This document shows positions 24,291-39,900 of a stretch of 64,000 bases of DNA, piece by piece. A model generated the notes under the pieces. The model made no database searches. It worked only from the letters and a program-made list of their open reading frames with translations, and was not told the origin of the DNA. A program made the translations under genes and the position numbers. The stretch is from the NCBI RefSeq assembly GCF_009914755.1, contig NC_060930.1; one strand, 5' to 3'. This stretch comes from the human T2T-CHM13v2.0 reference genome, Homo sapiens. Each line of letters starts with the position of its first letter. Positions within the stretch are counted from its first letter, which is position 1.

Positions 24291-25895
24291 TAGGTTCATC
24301 AAATTTGCTCAAATGACCATTAGACCATGGCATGGATTGGAATGCAAATAGAGCAGGGCATTAGGAACTTTGGTATATTTGACAGTTAGTTAGGCATTAC
24401 GGAGACAAAAGTTAACTCAAGGTTATAGAAATTGCTCTCTTCCACCCATGATCCTAGATATGTGAGGTAAGGTAACAGAGAAACTGAAATCTGTGTATAG
24501 CCAATGTGACAATGAACAATTAGACAGCCTTGATGGCAATTCTGAGTCTCTATCTCCTGTAATTGAAATGCAGAGTTCCACATCTAGCTGAGAAAAAAGC
24601 TACATAGTTTCAGCGACAAATATTCAGAGTACTTTGTCTTTTGCTAAATCAAGGGCACTGAGGGAAAGTATTAAGACTCAGAAGTATGGATTGAACATTT
24701 GCAAGGGAAGGACAAGGCTGACAATGAAAGTCCCTTTGGATTCCCCTTGTCAAAAGAAGTAGACCTCCTTTTCTTCATTTTTCCAACCATTAAGGGCTTT
24801 GGTACTCTTTATAAAATAATAATAAAATATTTCATCTGGAACAGTTGTCTCACAAGGAATTTCACCCACTCTCATTATTCCTTCTTAGTGTCCCTGGTTT
24901 CTTAATGAGAAATAGATGTCAATCTGCAATTTAAGAATTATTTCTTCAGGCAGAAATGACTATACAATCCGAAGTAACCTATGTGAATCCGGAGTAGTCT
25001 AGAGACCGTGGATGAAGTAGATTCTAAGGGTGTTAGACCATAAAGAATGAAATAAAATTGATCATGTCGAATGTATATATATGGATATATTCATTTAAAA
25101 TTAAAAATGAATGTTTTTGGTTGAAGAAATGCAAGTGGCATTAAAAGTCTGTTAAGTTAGCAAATTCAAGCCTGGATTCAAAGCTGGTTTATAGATATGT
25201 GGTTAAAATGCTTTAATTTCCCTGATATGCCATAGGAGAAGGAGTCTAAAAATTCAGGGAGATGGGAACGTTGAAGAGAATATATTTTGTGTACTCTTCT
25301 TAGCTAAGCCCCAGTCATATCCACAAGAAGCTTCTGAAGGTATTCTTTTAACTAGGGCATTAAGAAAAGCACTCATGGATGAGCGTGGTGGTTCATGCCT
25401 GTAATCCCATCACTTTGGGAGGCTGAGGATCACTTGAGGAGTTCGAGACCAGCCTGGCCAACATGGTGAAACCCTGTCTCTGCTAAAAATACAAAAAAAA
25501 AAAAAAAAAAAAAAAAAGGTGGGCATGGTAGTGGGCTCCTATAATCCCAGCTACTCAGGAGGCTGAGGCAGGAGAATGGCTTGAACCCTGGAGGCAGAGG
25601 TTGCAGTGGGCCAAGATCACTGCACTCCTATCTGGGAGACAGAGCGAGACTCCGTCTCTATTAAAAAAAAAATAGAGAAAAGCATTAGTGAAGAAGATAC
25701 CAGCATCCTTGAAATGCACAGTGGTGGTCAGCCTTGATAGGACAGTGATGGTGGTGAGAGGTGATGAACTGGGATTGAGTTATCTGGTATCAATGGAGTG
25801 ATGAGAACTAGGAGAGTTAGATGCTAGAGGAATATGTTATCAGTAGCAATTACCATACTAAGCCACAGAAATGGAGTAAGAGTCTAGAAAGTTCT
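24290..25895 (+). mobile_element. Degraded ERVL internal (gag region)
   Basis: gattctaagggtgttagac, ataaaattgatcatg.cgaat, cagggagatgggaacgttgaagagaat, ccagcatccttgaa recall ERVL gag DNA; no open frame. Confidence 0.65.
25377..25672 (+). mobile_element. AluS with small deletions and expanded A25 linker; TSD core agaaaagca
   Basis: Alu dimer visible; A-run 25493-25517. Confidence 0.9.
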
Positions 25896-25899
25896 AACC

Positions 25900-28800
25900 T
25901 TTTGTCCTTATAATGCAATTTGTGATTTTTTTCCTCCTTGATTATATTTAAAATTTTTCTTTTATTAGTCATTTCAGACTTTTTAAAATTGCAGATACTG
26001 ATAGTAGCCCATATGATATCATATTTTAAGAACCAGAAAACTACTTTTTGGATTGCTAATTGTTCAACTTTTATAAATGCATCTTGTTTTTGGAAAGAAT
26101 ATGTATTGTCTGTTTGTTTTCACCTCTGTTTATGTGTATGTAAGTAATTAAGATAGCATTTTAAGATAGCATTTTTATTCAAATTTCCCATATCTCCCTT
26201 TATATTTTTTTTTTTACTAAATCTGACTTCCAACAGAGATTATCTTAAACTCTTACCTCTTGATTATCAATTCATTAGTTTCCTTTGTTCTTTTATCACT
26301 TTTACTGCATATGACATGAAATCATATTATTAAGCATTATTGATTTTGTGTCATATCTTTTTGGTGTGTTTCTGTTTTGTTGTTTTCTTAAAAACAGTAT
26401 TCTCCCTCTTGTCCACTTGGGTGCTTTTCACATGATTAAGTTTCTTTTCATACCTGTTAAGATGATTTTAGGGTATTTAACAATTTTGGTAATTGCTTTA
26501 TTTTGATATTTGGTAGATTACAGTAATAAATTTTTAATATAAAACCATCCCTGCACTCCTAGAATAAGCTCAACTTAGCCTTATTAAAACTTTTTTAAAG
26601 ACTACCAAATATGCCTGCTGATATTTAATTTATAAAATTTGTAACCATGTTCGAGAATAAGAATGGCCTGTATTCCCCCTTTCTCATAATACCCTTTTTC
26701 AATTATATTTCTCAGTTTCATAAAATGAATATAATTTACAGTTTCATAAGATGAATAAAACATCTTTGTCCATTTTTAAAAAGTTTCATTTCAAAATACT
26801 TTATCTTCAATCATTTTTAGAACTTGATTCTAAATCTATCTGTGTCTAGTGGCTCTTTGGCTGACTTTTGAGAAGTAATTATATTATTAAAATGTATAAA
26901 CCTGTCCAGTGTTTTTTTTTTTCTTGAGTCATTAGTCAAGTTGTAGTTTCCGAAGAAATTGTTCATAATGTCTATGTTTTCATATTTAGTGGCACAAACA
27001 TTATATTTTTATCATTCTCTTTTGTGTTTATACTTTTGTTCACATATTTTAAGTTTTGCTCTCTCTTATTTTGATTAATTTTACCTAAGGTTTGTTTATT
27101 TTGTTATAATTTTTAATAAACCATTTTTGGCTTTAATTCACTCTACTATAACTTTATTTTCTATTCCTTAATTTTTTTCTCTGTCATTTCCTTTTTTCTA
27201 CTTTCTGTTTACTCTGTAGCTCTTTTTCTAGCTCTTGACCTTATCTTTATTTTATTAATGGTATTTTTTCAAATATAAGCATTTATGGGTATAATATATC
27301 TAAAAATGGTTTGACTATAGTATATATATCTGTATATATTATATGCTATATATGTATGACTTTAAGTAAATTTCTATGTATATGTTGAAAGATTGAGATC
27401 TTCATTATATAAATTCTTAAAAGTGGTCTATGTTTTCTGCACAGACTACCTAATCCATGTCAAATACACCTGTCCATGTATGTTTATAAAGGTTATATAT
27501 CATTCATATTGTCCATTGACGCAAAAATATTGATTTTATAGCAAATATTCTCTGCCCTTATACATTTTTCTTTTTGATCTATTAATTTCTGAGAAGTATT
27601 AACATTTATGATTAAGATTTATCAAATAATCCATTCAATTCTGTCTATGACACTGTTATTTTGAGTATTTTAATTTAGAATTCTTATATTTCTTAATGTA
27701 TTAAAACATTTAAAATTACAAGCTACACTATAAGTATAAAAGGAGACATTACTATAGGGATAATAATCCCATCCATTTTCCACTGTTCTTACTTAATCTC
27801 ATAAAAACTTGCATGTTTTTGTTTCTTTTATTTCATAGTTATATAGTGATCATTTTTTCCTCAATATTGCTTTTTGCCTTAAGTACCATTTCATCTTATA
27901 TCTGTATTGTCCACATGGCTTTTGATGATAAACCACTTGTAAATTGCATACATTGATTTTGCTTCCAGATCCAGCTTGACAATTTTATACTTAACTATTT
28001 AGTGCACTTGTATATATAACATACTACAATATGTCCACTTGTTTCCATAATTTTTGAAGGTTCGACTTCTCAACTTTTTATTATGCTTTTGTGTTTTCTA
28101 TTTTACCTGTCTTCTTTGGAGATGATTAAGATTTTTAAAAATTCAATTATTTCCCAACTATTTATCTGAAATCTCTGCATTCTATTTCTACTCTTATAGT
28201 TGTAATTCTTACATTTTAATATACATCATTTTTACAATGGAGATAAAATTTAATAACATATCTTGTTTTCACGTACATAATACAAGGATCTTAGGATGAG
28301 TTAATTCTATTTACTACTCTTTCATGTAGTGAATGTTACATGTTGTGGTCCTTGTGTTAAAACCTCAAATAAATACTTTTGTTATTATTCTTTTATTGTT
28401 TCTATTTATCTAAAAACGAAGTTTCTTTACTCATCATTCCTTTGTACAACTGTTTGTCGCATCTGAGTTCATTTTCTTTCTTCTCAAAAGACATGGTTTA
28501 GTGTTTTAGTAGTAATAAATCGGGTTTATGAGTGGTAAGCTCTTTAAGTCTATGCCAAAAAATCTTTATTTTTCTGTTATTTTTGGATGATAGTTTAATT
28601 GAGAGTATTAGGTGCTAACGATTATTTTTTCTTAGCATCTTGCAGAGTATTCCTTGAGTTCTGGCTCATATGGTTGCTAGTAAAATCAATATATCAAAGT
28701 ATTATTTATTTGATGGTGATAGGTCTTCCTGTTTTTAAGATCACTTTGACTTTGGAGTTTGATGCTATGGGTACATATTGATTTTCTTTCTTCCTTCATT

Positions 28801-29900
28801 CCTTCTTTATTTTTATCTTGCTTGATACTTGTTATTTCTAGATATAAGGATTAATGTGTTTTTAGAATCTTAGAAATATTCAAATATTGCTTCTTTTCTC
28901 TTTACTCTCTCTAGAATGGCTATTAAATATATGCTGACATTTTTATTCTTTTCTATTTTACTTAACACTTTCTTCATAAATTTCATTCCCTCATCCTTCT
29001 TTGTTGCTTTCTGACTCTCTTCATGCAGTATTTAATTTGTGGTTTTACTTGCCTGTTAAAATTTTAATTTGTAGATTTCTATTTGGTACTATTGAATTTT
29101 AAGACAATTTTTTCACTTGGTTTTGATAATATTTTTTACCCATTCATTTTCGATATATGTATTATACAATATCTGTCTAGGAATTTTGTTATATAATATT
29201 CTTGGCCTCAAATAATGCTATGTGTCATGTCTGGATCTCATTCATGGTAACTTGTGTCCTAGTGTATTTGTAATTTTAGGATATAAAAATTATTTCAGGA
29301 ATACTTTGTGGGAATCTTCTGCAGCCTTGATTGAATTACTTTTTGTCCAGAAAGGTTTTACATTTGTTTCTTCCAGGTATCTCAGTGGTATAACTTACTT
29401 GAGACAAAGTTTGTTATTATTTTGCTATTTTTTAAGTTGGAACTTCTTGGACCATGAAGGTGTTGCTAAATGTGTACCACAAACTCAGATGTGACAGACT
29501 AACATTTAAAAATCTTTAAACAAAAAAAAACAATCTCAGAACTAAGGCCAAGAGAGAAAACTTTGATTTCTCACTGTGCTGGTGAGTTTTTCATCCTGGT
29601 TTATACATTTGACTAATAGTATAGCTTTTTGAGAGTTCTTGGTGTAGGCAATACAATCACTTTCAACTCTCCACTCTGCAGGAGTCCAAGCCTTTTCTCC
29701 CAGGTAAAGACCTACTCAGGAATTCTGCAGTATCAGCTCCAGCGCTTACCACTCCAGTTTTCAATTCCATCTTTGTTGTAGTTCTCTGAGTAATCTCACA
29801 CGCTTTCTTGTGAGTTCAGCCAGGTGGTATTTAAAAGGATATTGGTTTTATTTTTAATCATTCCTAGATGTCTTGAAACAGGAAGTCATTTAGGCTCTCT
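25900..29900 (-). mobile_element. Cluster of very old L1M/HAL1-like fragments
   Basis: Sustained T-rich strand with L1-antisense motifs (atccctgcactcctagaataag, ggtttgtttattttgtt, tttttggatgatagttt); individual pieces not resolved. Confidence 0.5.
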
Positions 29901-30579
29901 AATCCACTACACTCTTAAAAAAGAAAATCATCCCCTTTGATTTTACTGAAGTTAGCCTTAGAAGATAATATGTGATGCCATGCCTGGAATTAGCTCCCAG
30001 CCCACTTCCTCCTCAGGCCTTATACTTATCTGGTCTGGTGGAGGTAAGGTTTGTTATTTTTTTGTATTAAACAATACCCTTCCCATTTCAAAATGTGTAC
30101 TTATTCACATATAGATACCTGGTAGCTTAATTGAGAGAGATGTTGAAACTATGTTTTCTTGTGAAAACATTTTAATTGAAAAGTATATTTTATTGTCAGA
30201 AAGTTTGGCTTCAAATATAGGGATTTCAACTTCATTCAGTCAAAAGTTGTCATGAAGAAGTCTTCCTGGGTTTAGAAAAATAGTATATTGAGGAGACAGG
30301 TGGTTCTAAATAGCAGAAATAGTCACCTAGTCTTCCAGATTGTGCTGCAGGCTGCCTTCTCTGACATAGGGATTCCTATCTTTTTTATACTATCTTACAG
30401 TTAATACATAAAGAAGAAAAATGGTAAAAATTCTGGTGCCTGAAAGAATCATGGAAGTTTATGTAAGGAACAATAATAATCATCAATAATGTTTAACACT
30501 GCCTAATTATTAAAAATGATTCCAAAACTAAAAATATAATACTTGGATACTAAGTTCTGTCTATGTAATCAACAGTAGT

Positions 30580-30781
30580 TTTTCTTATAATTTCAACTTT
30601 TATTTTAGATTTAGGGGGTACATATGCACGTTTATTATATGGGTTTATTGCCCGATGCTGAGGTTTGGGTTATGAATGATCGCATCACCCAGGTAGTGAG
30701 TATAGTACCCAATAGATAATTTTTCAGCCCTGTCCCACTCTGCGTTCTCCTCTAGTAATTCCCAGTGTCAATTGTTCCCAT
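30580..30781 (-). mobile_element. L1PA15/16-like 3' UTR fragment
   Basis: aacttttattttagatttagggggtacatatgc...gatgctgaggtttggg...cacccaggtagtgag. Confidence 0.88.
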
Positions 30782-32191
30782 AGCAATAAGAATTCTTAGA
30801 GAGATTTTATATGTTCTTAATGGATAAACCATAGAAATTCTAGGTGTATTAAAATCTTCTTTTAGTAACTCTTCTATTATGTATTATATTTTAGATGTTA
30901 AGTCAGGGAAACTTAAAAAGTATACATATTTTCAAAACAATATAATGTGTTCATATGTTTTTGATAAACTGCAAATGAGCTGACCCTTTCCAAGGTAAAG
31001 AAGGGGAAAATACGTATGTAAGAGTTATTTAAAATCCTCTATTATTTTAACCCATGATCTGCAATTTGAGAACTAAAAAGCTAATATACTAAAAAATAAT
31101 AATTTAGTAGAGTTAAGTAGGTCAGATTGTACCTACTGTACAATATATTCTATGGTAGACATTTTAACAACATCATAATATCTATCTATGTCAAGGGATT
31201 TAACTGTACTACCCAGGCTTCAAGAAAGAAGAAAATTAATTTCCACTGGTATTGTACTTGATCCAGAAAAATTCATGTGGGAGAGAACAGGGAGTAGTTC
31301 AATAAAATTTAGAAATTGGAGGCATTAGAGGCTTCTTTGGCTATTGTTATCATAGCTCTGTTAAGAATTTTATTATCTCTTCACTGTGCGGTTATCAATA
31401 TCTTATAAATAAAGAGAAAGGAAAAAAATTTATTTAAAAAATAGGAAACCAAAGAGCAGTAAAAACACTTCATGAAGTGTTCTATAGGCCAGAATTATTA
31501 TATCATAAGTACTCCGTAATTTTTAAAATATTTGTAATTTGAATGAGAGCTTCAATTCCTAATCTGTCAAATTTCTACATGCAGTCATATAGGTTTCCTT
31601 GTTTTGTTTAGATGAAAATGCATTTATGCAAAATGTCATTACTATAAAGAAGCATTTATATATGTGGGTACTATTTTATTAATTGACATTTATCTTAATC
31701 AGCCCTCTATGTTTGCCAGTGCCCAGATTGTATATAACCATTTGTCAATTAGGTAAACATATTTCAAGAAACAATAATATGCCATGCACTGTAATAGGCA
31801 ATAGAGTCACAGGCGCAAATATGATCATCTCTTGTCATCAAGAGTTTTGCAAACTAATAAAGACAAATCTTTCAGAGTGGTCATATCTACCTGACAACAT
31901 TATCTGATTTTTTGGCCCCCTCAAGTGTTGTTTCCTTGGGAGTAACAATGCTATTAATATTTAGAGAACTTGTAAACTGTAATAGTTTTTTTACACTGTT
32001 GTATCATAACTTAGGTCTTGTTTAATTAAAGATAACTAGCTTATGCTGCGATTCTATATAGCATAAACACAAAAGCAATGAGCCTGGACTGTGAATCCCC
32101 CAAAATTTGTAACACATAGTAAATCAGATACACATACAAGTCATATACAAGTTAATAGCACATACAAGTCAACTTATAGTTTGATACTGTT

Positions 32192-34524
32192 TGATATGAT
32201 TTGGCTCTGTGTCTCTACCCAAATCTCATGTTGAATTGTAATTCCCAATGTTGGGGGAAGAACCTGGTGGGAAGGGATTAGATTATGGGGGCATAAATCC
32301 CCCTTGCTGTTCTCATAATAGTGAGCATGTTCTCATGAAATCTCATTTAAAATTGTGTGGCACTTCTTCTCTTTCTTCCCCCTGCTCCACCATGGTAAGA
32401 TGTGCTTGCTTCCCCTTCACCTTCTGCTATGATGTAAGTTTCCTGAGGCCTCCCAGCCATGCTTCTTGTATAGCCTGCAGAACTCTGAGTCAATTAAACC
32501 TCTTTTCTTCATAAAGTACCCAATCTTAGGTAGTTGTTTATAGCAGTGTGAGAACAGACTAATACAAAAAATTGGTGCCAAGATTGGGGTATTGCTGTAA
32601 AGATACCTGAAAATGTAGAAGCATTTTTGAAACTGGGTAATAGGCAGAGGTTGGAACATTTTGGAGGGATCAGAAGAGACAGGAAGATGAGAGAATGTTT
32701 GGAACTTCCTAGAGACTTGTAGAATGGTTGTGACTAAACTGCTAATAGTGATATGAACAGTGAGGTCCAGCCTGAGGGGTCTCAGATGGAAATGGGGAAC
32801 TTATTGGGAACTGGAGTAAAGGTCACTCTTGCTATGCTTTAGGAAAGAGACTGGCAGCATTGTTCCCCTGCCCTAGATATCTGTGGAACTTTGAACTTGA
32901 GAGAGATGATTTAGGATATCTGGTGGAAGAAATTTCTAAGCAGCAAAGCATTCAAAATATGGCCTGGCTGATTCTAATAGTGTATACTCATTTGCATAAA
33001 CAGAGATTATCTGAAGCTAGAACTTATATTTAAAAGGGAAGCAGAACATAAAAGTATGGAAAATTTACCTCCCAACAATTCAGTAGAAAAGAAAAACCCA
33101 TTTCTCAGGAAGAATTCAAGGCTGCAGAAATTTGCATAATTAAGGAACTGAATGTTAATCATCAAGACAATGGGGAAAATGGCTCCAGGGCATTTCAGAG
33201 AACTTTGCAGTGGCCCCTCCCATCACAGGCCTGGAGGCTTAGAAGGGAAAAATGGTTTCAAGGGCCAGGCCCAGGGCACAGGACATGGTGCCCTACATTC
33301 CAGCCATGCCAGCTCCAGTCATGGCTAAAAGGGGCCAAGGTACAGCTTGGGTCATTGCTTCAGAAGGTGCAAGACCCAAGCCTTTGTGTGGCTTCCTTGT
33401 GGTGTTGGCTTGCAGGTACATAGAAGGCAAGAGTTGAGGTTTGGGAGCCTCTGCCTAGATTTCAGAGGATGTATGGACATGCCTGGATGTCCAGGGAGAA
33501 ATCTGCTGCTGGGTTGGAGCCCTCATGGAGAACCTCTACTAAGGCAGTGAAGAGGGGAAATTTGGGGTTGGAGCCCCACACAGAGTCCCAACTAAGGCAT
33601 GGCCTAGTGGATCTGTGAGAAGAGGGCCACCATCCTCCAGACCCCAGAGTGGTAGATACACAACAGCTTGCACCATGCAGCTGGAAAACTACAGCCACTC
33701 AACACCAGCCAGCAAAAGCAGCCTCATAGGCTATACCCTGCAGAGCCACATGGGCAGAGCTTCCAAAGGCCATGAGAGCCCAGCACTTACATCAGTATGC
33801 CCTGGATGTGAGATGTGGAGTCCAAAGGGATCTTGGAGCTTTAAAATTTAATAATGGGCCTGGCCAGGTATTGGACTTACATGGGGCCTGTGGCCCCTTT
33901 GTTTTGGTCAATTTCCCCCATTTGGAATGGGGACATTTACTCAGTGCATGTAACCTCATTGTATCTTGGAAGTAACTAACTTTTTTTGATTTTACAGGCT
34001 CATAGACAGAAATGACTTGCCTTATCTCAGAGAGAGTTTAGACTTGAATTTTTGAGTTAATGCTAGAATAAATGAAGACTGGGAGACTGTTGGGAAGGCA
34101 TGACTGTGTTTTGAAGTGTGAGAAGGATATGAGATTTGGAGGAGGACAGGGGAGGAATTATATGATTTGGCTATGTGTTCCCCCCCAAATCTCATGTCAA
34201 ATTGTAATTCTCAATATTGAGGGAGAAATCTGGTGAGAGATGATTGGATCATGGGGACAGATTCCTGCTTTTCTCATGATAATGAGAGTGTTCTCATGAG
34301 ATGTGGTTGTTTAAAATGTATCATCTCCCTTTCACTCTCTCTCTCACTCCACCATGGTAAGACATGCTTGCTTCCCCTTCTTCCATGATTGTAAGTTTCC
34401 TGAGGCCTCCCCAACCATGCTTCTTGTATAGCCTGTGGAACTGTGAGTCAATTAAACCCCTTTTCTTCATAAATTACCCAGTTTCATGTAGTTCTTTAAC
34501 ACAGGGTGAGAATGGACTAATATA
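32192..34524 (+). mobile_element. Complete MSTA MaLR element: 5' LTR 32192-32566, internal 32567-34157, 3' LTR 34158-34524
   Basis: Two homologous LTRs (t.atatgatttggct...gactaata.a), internal starts aaaaattggtgcca, purine tract before 3' LTR; TSD not preserved. Confidence 0.93.
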
Positions 34525-36384
34525 CTCCCCAAAAGTAGGTGTGCTATTGGTGATTGGACTTGAATGTTCTAGTCAGTAAACATTGATGGCATCTGAAGGG
34601 ATTGTTAGCACCTTAGTAAAGCAGCCACAGAGTCATATGCCTGCTTTTTAAAGTGGTATTGAGACAACTTTCTTTGCTTTTTTATTTATGAAAGAATTTC
34701 AAATGTTTTCATACCCAGATGCTTGAAAAATTTACTATTGATTTAGATATTGACCATTTAGTAAAATTATTTTATTTCATGTATAACAATGAGTTTGTAG
34801 AACTATACTTACATTTTCCAACCTTGGAGGATCTATCTTTGGATAGTTTTATAAACACATGTGGTTTTGAAAATAAAATGTTAAGCTACAAGTTTAATTA
34901 TATCTTTGTTAATGAGCAGTGAAATGAGCTCTGATATCAAGGAGAATTATGATTAACTTATTGATATGCCAAATGGCTTTTAAGATTGCTAATGGTTTGT
35001 GTTGTGTATTTACAAACCAAGTATATGCATTGGATAAAGGCTAAATCATCGGAAATTGCCTTCTATAAAAAAAATCAGCATTTAAAGGTATAGCTATTAT
35101 ATTTTATTTATTTATTTTGGAGGAATAGACCCTTAAAGAAATATGTATATGCATATGTGTATAACAGAAAAGAAAGTTGAAGTATAAACATAGCTGTATA
35201 TTTAGTATGAATGGTCACTTGATTTATAAATTAGAATTAATATGAAGGAAACCAAGATAGTTTACCTCATAGAAGCTATTTGATTAAATATTTCACTTGT
35301 GAGTGACAATCACATTGAATTCTCACCATTTAAGTAAAAGGATATAGGTTGTTTCTCAGTTATTTAGAAAATTGTTAATGGCACAAGGTTATAGTTCTAA
35401 TTGCATGAAACAATATAGTTCTGCATGAAAAAACCTTAACATCAACAACAACAAAGCTGTTCTACCAACACAAATCACACCATTAAGTGCAGCCAGCCAT
35501 CCCAGGAAAGCAAGTCAATGATCCCAATGGGATGGGTGGAACATATTTTCTCTCCTGGAAGAACAATTAAATATACATTTCCAGCTGTTGACATTTCAGC
35601 AGTGGCATCTTAATTTGGGAAGATATCTTTGAAACAGAGGTAGCTAAGGAGAAATAGTCTCTAATGAAACAGCAGGCACAGAAGCTAAATTGAACATAAC
35701 AGAGAGGCATAAAGGGTCATAACCGCCCACCATTTAAGAACCTCAATTCTTAAGGCTGTGTGATAGTTTTGGACTTCTGACCATTCCCAGAGCTTTCTTG
35801 ACTCTCAGCTTCCTTTTAGAATTCAGTTGCTTGAGTTCAGCCTTGCTGTTGTATCAAGCATACTAAATAAGGTTACTAAGAAATGCTAATGTGTTTATTT
35901 GTAATAAGTAGGTATACTAGTAAATTTCATAACAAGGTGTTTCACTAGGTATCAACTTCTTTTCTAAGGTTATTTTTTATTAGTCCATCCAGAACTATTC
36001 TCTGACCTTGATTTATACCTGAAAGACTGGCTCATATAAAATGTGTCATTCAGGCTTCCTTTCCAACTAGTTTCCTTTGGATATGGCAAATGGGTGACAC
36101 AGGAGATTAAAGGACAAAGGAGGGTCAGGTTTTAGAATTTCTTCCCTTCTCTCTGTGCTCTGAGACACAAAAGACAAATCACACCATGCAGACACTGTCT
36201 TTCCTATCCAAGTAGAGTTCAAAGATCGGATCCAGAAGGTAAGTTGCCAAATTTCCATTCTTCCCTAACTGGTTGATCTAACTCTAGGCTCATTCTCCTC
36301 TTGGTCTTTTCTCAAAGTTTCAAGATATATCCATTTATATTATTTTTTCCCTTGCTATACTTACATAATCATTATTTTTAAATT

Positions 36385-36976
<592 letters not shown>

Positions 36977-39900
36977 TTATTCTTATATCTCCAAGAGTCA
37001 TCCATTCCTTCACCTTCTCCTACTATTCTTGTTTAAAAAAAAAAAAAAGCAGATTGTTAAACAATTTGAATTTTCTTGTCTCTGCTGGATAGTCACAGGC
37101 CTATCATACTTTTACTGGTTAAAGACCTCTCTAAAACTTCCAGTGAGTCACTTGCAGACACAGATATCCATTCTGCTTTCTTTCAAAGCATTATATCCAA
37201 ACTATGAATCTTAGCTGATCATTGTCATTATTATGCCATTTACAGGATGTGTTAAAAACTCCATGACACAAATTTTGTATCTCTACTCCTCACCAACTCC
37301 ACCCCAAAATATGGCATTTTACTATGTTTTACCAGACACAAAAAATGCATTTTAATGCCTGGTCAAATCCAGAAGAAGTTGTCTACCTTATCTATTATTT
37401 TCCACTGTGTTTCAATCTGGAATCCTAATGTGGTAGTGTGCCTGGAGCTTCTTACCATTTCTGTCCTACTGCACATCTTTACTCCCTTTCAAAAAACAAT
37501 ATTTTACACAAATCTTCAGTATGTAAACCACTCTCCCTTGTTCCCTTCCATGATAAGCTCTGGATTTCTTATTGAACTATTCACTGCTGATCTTTCCACT
37601 AACCTGGAGGCTTGGGGATGTTACAATGTTAGCTTTTACCTCATCTCTCTCCACCATTACTGCTTATGTGATCTTTAGGCCCATTTCTTTCTGCCAGTTT
37701 CAACATCACGGTAGTGCTTTTCTAGTTCAAGCCAGATATTTATACTGCTGTAGGCAGACATAGGACTCAAGTTAAAATTTTCCACACCCAAGTCTTCACT
37801 CTTCTTGTAATTCCTTCATTTTGCTTTTAAAGCCTGGAGTGGCATGTGGCTACAGTTTATTATAAGAAAGCAAGCTTTCCCATTAGTAGATCATAAATAC
37901 ATATAAAGCGTTGTCATGATCCAAAATATTAGTTACAAAGTCATTTATGAGGCATTTCAAAGTTCACCTCAAACCAGCATTTAGATTTTCCCTTATTTTT
38001 TCAGCATCCTCCACTTTTCCCCATTATTCCCATATAATCTCTATATCTCTTTCTGCCCTCAGTAAACCTCCAATAGTTGTAGAAATAACTTGGTGTTGTA
38101 ATCAGCTATTGCAGGTTCCATTTTCCTTCCAAGGTCCATCCTTGAAAAGAATGATCAGCTTCCTGATTTGAATGCTGAATAAGACACTTTCAGATATTCA
38201 GAGAGAATAAGATAAAGCCAGATATCTCCTTTGCTAATTTAAACTGCCTCATGTCCTAACACTCTTGAATGTTATGCTAACAAAGTTTCTGCTGCTTTAT
38301 TCAGTATAACAGAGAATAGAAGAAAGAAATGAAGTGCCATCCTGCCATTTCTGCAGGCATGAAGTAAGAGAGATGCCTCAAAAACATGTGATTTATTTAA
38401 TTGCAATAACCTACAAATCAAATTTTCAGAATAAAAAATTTAAGACCATTTTTTCTTAATGTTTTACATGTGGCAATGTGGAGGTCAGTTATGAAATAAG
38501 AGGTGGTAAAACTAGGTGAATTATTTAAGCATTAATATGAGGAGGATATAAACTATTAAAAATCAGCAACAGCCAAAAGGAGTTACAGCCATACACACTT
38601 ATTCAGTAATATTGTCAATAACATATCTGCTCTGCTGTCCATACAGACAAAGTAACAGATAAGAACAGGAACACACAGGATAAACTAAAATGTTATAAAT
38701 AAGGTTTTGTAGTATATGAATTATGTAATTCATAGAGGAATTGTGGTCAAAACGTGAGGAATTGTGAAGAGCAGTTTATAGTCAAGTTGTAGAAGGAATA
38801 AGGACTAGCACATAGAGTAAATGGAAAGAAGAAATTGTAGAGTCAGTTGCAATAAAAATACCAGTGAAGTATGTGAGTGTATTTGAAAAGGTGTTTGTGT
38901 TAATTTCAATGTTTCATGCTTCAACATATGTAAAGGCAATGAGCAATAATTTATAATAACATGAATACATATGATATTTTATAAGACATTTGCTCAAAAC
39001 AAACACAGGAATTATGAAATGCTCATTAAGATAAAATAACCTTGTGTATTATGAAGATATTTTTATATATAATTTGCAAATCCACCTAATAAAAGTCAGG
39101 AAATACCTGGATGTGTTTAATTCTCTCTCAAGCATTCTTTTATTCTTTTAAAATCTATTTTCTAAAATGTGTATTTTAGAATCCCAAAAGGTTATGCAAA
39201 TATAATTTGAAAATTACTTGTGAATAAAAACGCAAGGAAAAACTGTTCCTTCCTATTTGAATTTAAAATTTAAAAGAAAAGTGGCAAAGTAAATTCTGAG
39301 AACCCTTTTTTCCTACTTCGATAAGGTGGTTGGAAGGCCTTTAGCCAGCAAGATAAAGGAGCATATGCAGGATGGTTTTCCAATTTGCATACACAAAAAT
39401 TAAGCTATGATAATAGAGAACACAGAGAATTATAAATTGTGTTAAATTTTGTTAATCAATTTAATACTTAGTTGGCCAGAACCTTCATTTGGACCCCATT
39501 ATTACCTTAAAGAATATGTAACAGTTTTCTAAAGATCTGCATTTTTCAAATAGTACTGAGTAAAACAAAGAAATAAATCCCTACCACTTTTAAGATAAAA
39601 GGCACTGAACACTGAAAGCAGCTCTTACTTTTTCAAATCTGATAAAACAGAGATAAAAATGAGGTCAAATTAGGGTACTGACACAACCACAAAATCAGAC
39701 TGTATGCATACATAAGCAATCTAAGAGGCAGCATCTTAGGCAAGCAGATGGAAGTCAGTTATATTATTATCATTTACAAAATGAGCAAGAAGAGCCAATC
39801 CACAGGGCACCAAAACTCAAATATCTATGACTGTGGCCAAAATTAAAATGGATATTCAGATATCAATAACAGCCATAGATTTTGCTTCTGTCTTATAACT

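Noticed and set aside
33205-33975. Overlapping ORFs in MSTA internal region
   Set aside because: Fragments of a decayed MaLR internal sequence with frameshifts and stops
36140-36244. Consensus donor AAG/gtaagt with upstream pyrimidine tract
   Set aside because: No convincing acceptor or recognisable coding frame; expected by chance
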